DNA from: an uncultured delta proteobacterium
GTDB taxonomy: Bacteria > Myxococcota > Myxococcia > Myxococcales > Myxococcaceae
Direction: 5' to 3'
NCBI GenBank assembly: GCA_963771175.1
Contig: CAVYSY010000038.1
Coordinates: 64,001-128,000 of the forward strand
Length of the DNA stretch: 64,000 bases
Shown piece after piece: positions 61,478 through 64,000 of this stretch; the stretch's first letter is position 1, and every line of letters starts with the position of its first letter. Position numbers and translations under genes: made by a program. A model generated the notes under the pieces. The model did no database searches. It saw only the letters and a program-made list of their open reading frames with translations, and was not told the DNA's origin.

Positions 61478-61975
61478 ATGCCAGTCCCCTTCCAAATCAC
61501 CTCGCCCCGCTTCAAGGACGGAGACCCCATTCCCATCGCCTACACCTGCGAAGGAGAAGACGCGCCCCCGCCCCTCCACTGGCAGGGCGAGCCACCGGGA
61601 ACCAGGAGTTTCGCACTCGTGGTGGAGGACCCCGACGCCCCCGACCCGAAGCACCCCCAGCGAACCTGGGTGCATTGGGTGCTCTACAACCTGCCCCCCA
61701 ACATCCATGACGTGCCCGAGACCATGCTGCCCGACAGCGTCCCCCCGAGTGCCCGCCAGGGCCTCAATGACTGGAAGCGGCAAGGGTACGGAGGGCCCTG
61801 TCCTCCCATCGGCCGCCACCGCTACTTCTATCGCCTGTACGCCCTGGACACAGTGCTGCCCGACATGGGCGCCATCACCCGCGACCAGTTGGAGCACGCC
61901 ATGGCCGGCCACATCCTCGCCCAGACGGAGCTGATCGGCACCTACGAGAAGGTCCACGCGCATACCCGGCACTGA
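61478..61975 (+). CDS. YbhB/YbcL family (PEBP/Raf kinase inhibitor-like) protein
   Basis: EDPDAP, WVHWVLYN, GYGGPCPP.G.HRY, LYALD. Confidence 0.92.
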   Translation: MPVPFQITSPRFKDGDPIPIAYTCEGEDAPPPLHWQGEPPGTRSFALVVEDPDAPDPKHPQRTWVHWVLYNLPPNIHDVPETMLPDSVPPSARQGLNDWKRQGYGGPCPPIGRHRYFYRLYALDTVLPDMGAITRDQLEHAMAGHILAQTELIGTYEKVHAHTRH

Positions 61976-62041
61976 CTGGCCGCGCACGAAAACACCGGGC
62001 CCGCTTCCCCCCAACCCGGCCTGGGTGTCATCCTCCCCTCC

Positions 62042-64000
62042 GTGACGACGCACGACGGAGCGGGGGGGGCCCCGTACCATCATTTCGAGACGCTGCCCTT
62101 CGCCCTGTGCGTCATCCGCGACAGCGTCATCGTCTACGCCAACGCGGCGCTCCTCGGGCTGATCGGCAAACCTCGCGAGGAGGTGGTCGACAGGCCGTAC
62201 GAGCTGCTGCTGTCGGCGCAACAGGCCCCCTTCATCACCGAGCGGCACGCGCGTCGGCTGCGCGGGGAGCCGGTGCCGGACGCGTACGAGACGGTGGTGC
62301 GCACCCCCACGGGTGAGCGTCGCGTGGAGTTCACCATCTCCCTGAGCGGGCCGGACACCGTGGTGCTGATGCGAGACCTCTCCAGCCGGCTGGCCCAGCG
62401 CCAACTGCTGCAGCGCATGGCCTCGCTCGGCGCCTCGCTGCCCGGCATCCACGCCGAGGACGAGGTGCTCCGCCGCGTCTTCGAGGGGCTCGCCGAGCTG
62501 GAGCTGTCCTACGGCTACCTCGTGCCGGACGGAGACAAGGTGTGGCTGGGCCATGCCTGCGTGGCCACCGGAGCGTCCGCCGGCGAGGCGCGCCTCACCG
62601 GCCAGCACCTGGTGGACGTGCCCGGCCGGTGGTCCCCCGTGCTGGAGCGGGCCTGGCGGGAGGGCTCCGCCTTCGGGAATGACTTCGCCTGGGAGGCGGC
62701 CCAGTTCGTGGGCCAGGACTGGGCCGAGCCGGTCCGCACCCACCTGAGCCGGGTGGAGCCGCTGCGCGCCATCTGCGTCCGCATCGACCTGGAGGGCGCA
62801 CCCCGGGCGCTGCTCATCGTGGCCGCCGACTGGTTGCGCGAGGAGGAGCAGCCCTCGCTGCGTCTCTTCGCCGCCCAGGTGTCCGCCGCGCTGGAGGCCG
62901 CGCGCACCATCTCCCGCCTGTCCACGCGCAACACCGCGCTCGCCGCGCTCAACCGGCTGGCCGAGGTGGCCGCCACCGCCCCGGAGCCGCGCGCCTTCTT
63001 CGAGCCGGGCACGCAGGAAATCTTCGGGCTGCTGCACTGCACCGCGGTGCTCATCACCCTGCGCACCGAGGACTCCGACGAGATGGAGATGGTCTGGACG
63101 TCCGGTGCCACCGAGGAGGCGGTGCGCCCCTACCGGCGGCGCGCCCTGTTCGGCGACGTGACCCGGCAGGTGATGGAGGAGGGCGTCCCCCGGGTGCTGC
63201 ACCTCGAGGACTTCCCCGACCCCGCGCGCGAGGACATGCGGCGCGCCGGCCGCGCCTCCGCCGTCATGGTGCCCCTGCAGGTGCGCTCGCGCATGGTGGG
63301 CGCGCTCGTCATCACCTTCCGCCAGCACCGCATCCTGTCCGACCTGGAGCTGGAGACGCTCCAGGCCATGGGCTCGCACTTCGCCGCCGCCATCGAGTCC
63401 CACCGCCTGCTGCAGGAGGTGCGCGGGCGCGCCGAGGAGCTCGCCCGGCTCCACGCGGAGCTGAAGCACGCCCAGCAGCAGCTCGTGGAGCGCGAGCGCC
63501 TGGCCGCGCTCGGCGAGCTGTCCGCCGTGGTGGCCCACGAGGTGCGCAACCCCCTGGGCGCCATCTTCAACGCCGTGGCCACCCTGCGCCGCTTCGTCGA
63601 GCCCGCCGGCTCCGCCCACACCCTCATGGGCATCCTCGAGGAGGAGGCCAACCGCCTCAACCGGCTCGTGGACGACCTGCTCGACTTCGCCCGCCCCTCC
63701 TCGCCCGAGCCGCAGCCCGTCCCGCTGGAGCCGCTCCTCCAGGAGGCCGTGCGCACGGCGACGAGCGGGCAGACGCGCGTGCGCGTGGAGTGGGCGCTGG
63801 AGCGGGACGTCCCCCCGGTGCCGGTGGATGAGCGGATGATGCGGCAGGCCTTCCTCAACCTCGCCCTCAACGCCGTGCAGGCCATGCCCCAGGGCGGCAC
63901 CCTGCGCGTGGCGGCCCGCCGCTGCTCCGAGCACCCCGGCGCCATCGTGGAGTTCACCGACACCGGCCTGGGCATCCCCCTGCGAGCTGCGCGAGCGCCT
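62042..64000 (+). CDS. PAS-GAF sensor histidine kinase, truncated by the window end (absent from the ORF track)
   Basis: Manual translation from GTG 62042: FETLPFALCVIRDSVIVYANAA (PAS), MVPLQVRSRMVGAL (GAF), AHEVRNPL (H-box), NLALNAVQAM, DTGLG. Confidence 0.88.
   Translation, partial: MTTHDGAGGAPYHHFETLPFALCVIRDSVIVYANAALLGLIGKPREEVVDRPYELLLSAQQAPFITERHARRLRGEPVPDAYETVVRTPTGERRVEFTISLSGPDTVVLMRDLSSRLAQRQLLQRMASLGASLPGIHAEDEVLRRVFEGLAELELSYGYLVPDGDKVWLGHACVATGASAGEARLTGQHLVDVPGRWSPVLERAWREGSAFGNDFAWEAAQFVGQDWAEPVRTHLSRVEPLRAICVRIDLEGAPRALLIVAADWLREEEQPSLRLFAAQVSAALEAARTISRLSTRNTALAALNRLAEVAATAPEPRAFFEPGTQEIFGLLHCTAVLITLRTEDSDEMEMVWTSGATEEAVRPYRRRALFGDVTRQVMEEGVPRVLHLEDFPDPAREDMRRAGRASAVMVPLQVRSRMVGALVITFRQHRILSDLELETLQAMGSHFAAAIESHRLLQEVRGRAEELARLHAELKHAQQQLVERERLAALGELSAVVAHEVRNPLGAIFNAVATLRRFVEPAGSAHTLMGILEEEANRLNRLVDDLLDFARPSSPEPQPVPLEPLLQEAVRTATSGQTRVRVEWALERDVPPVPVDERMMRQAFLNLALNAVQAMPQGGTLRVAARRCSEHPGAIVEFTDTGLGIPLRAARAP

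Overview
A 64-kb, roughly 70% GC window of a myxobacterial chromosome; cglB, Sit-type lipoprotein toxins and the stand-alone F0 atp operon point to Myxococcales, probably Archangiaceae/Myxococcaceae. About 55 genes are present. In order: pgi, cglB, a stand-alone A-T-R NRPS-like reductase, a kynurenine/3-hydroxyanthranilate degradation cluster, a poly-HAMP hybrid-kinase operon ending in two DUF5985-type membrane proteins, a P450, an M55-peptidase fusion, a monomeric PheRS-like ligase, a tandemly duplicated AHH toxin/Imm11 pair, a URC-type uracil catabolism operon with a CoA-acylating semialdehyde dehydrogenase, a CHASE kinase, an MFE-2/SCPx-like beta-oxidation pair, an HTH-citrate-synthase fusion, ychF, the F0 ATP synthase genes and a kinase cut by the window end. 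Many genes, including pgi and atpB, carry single-base frameshifts in patches. These look like sequencing or consensus errors rather than true pseudogenes. I recognised no rRNA, tRNA, CRISPR array or IS element. The best candidate for an undescribed system is the PheRS-like ligase with an altered substrate pocket, preceded by a sigma70-like promoter, a 26-codon leader ORF missing from the ORF track, and mutually exclusive RNA helices, which suggests ribosome-stalling attenuation. Family assignments come from motif recognition by eye; no database searches were run.
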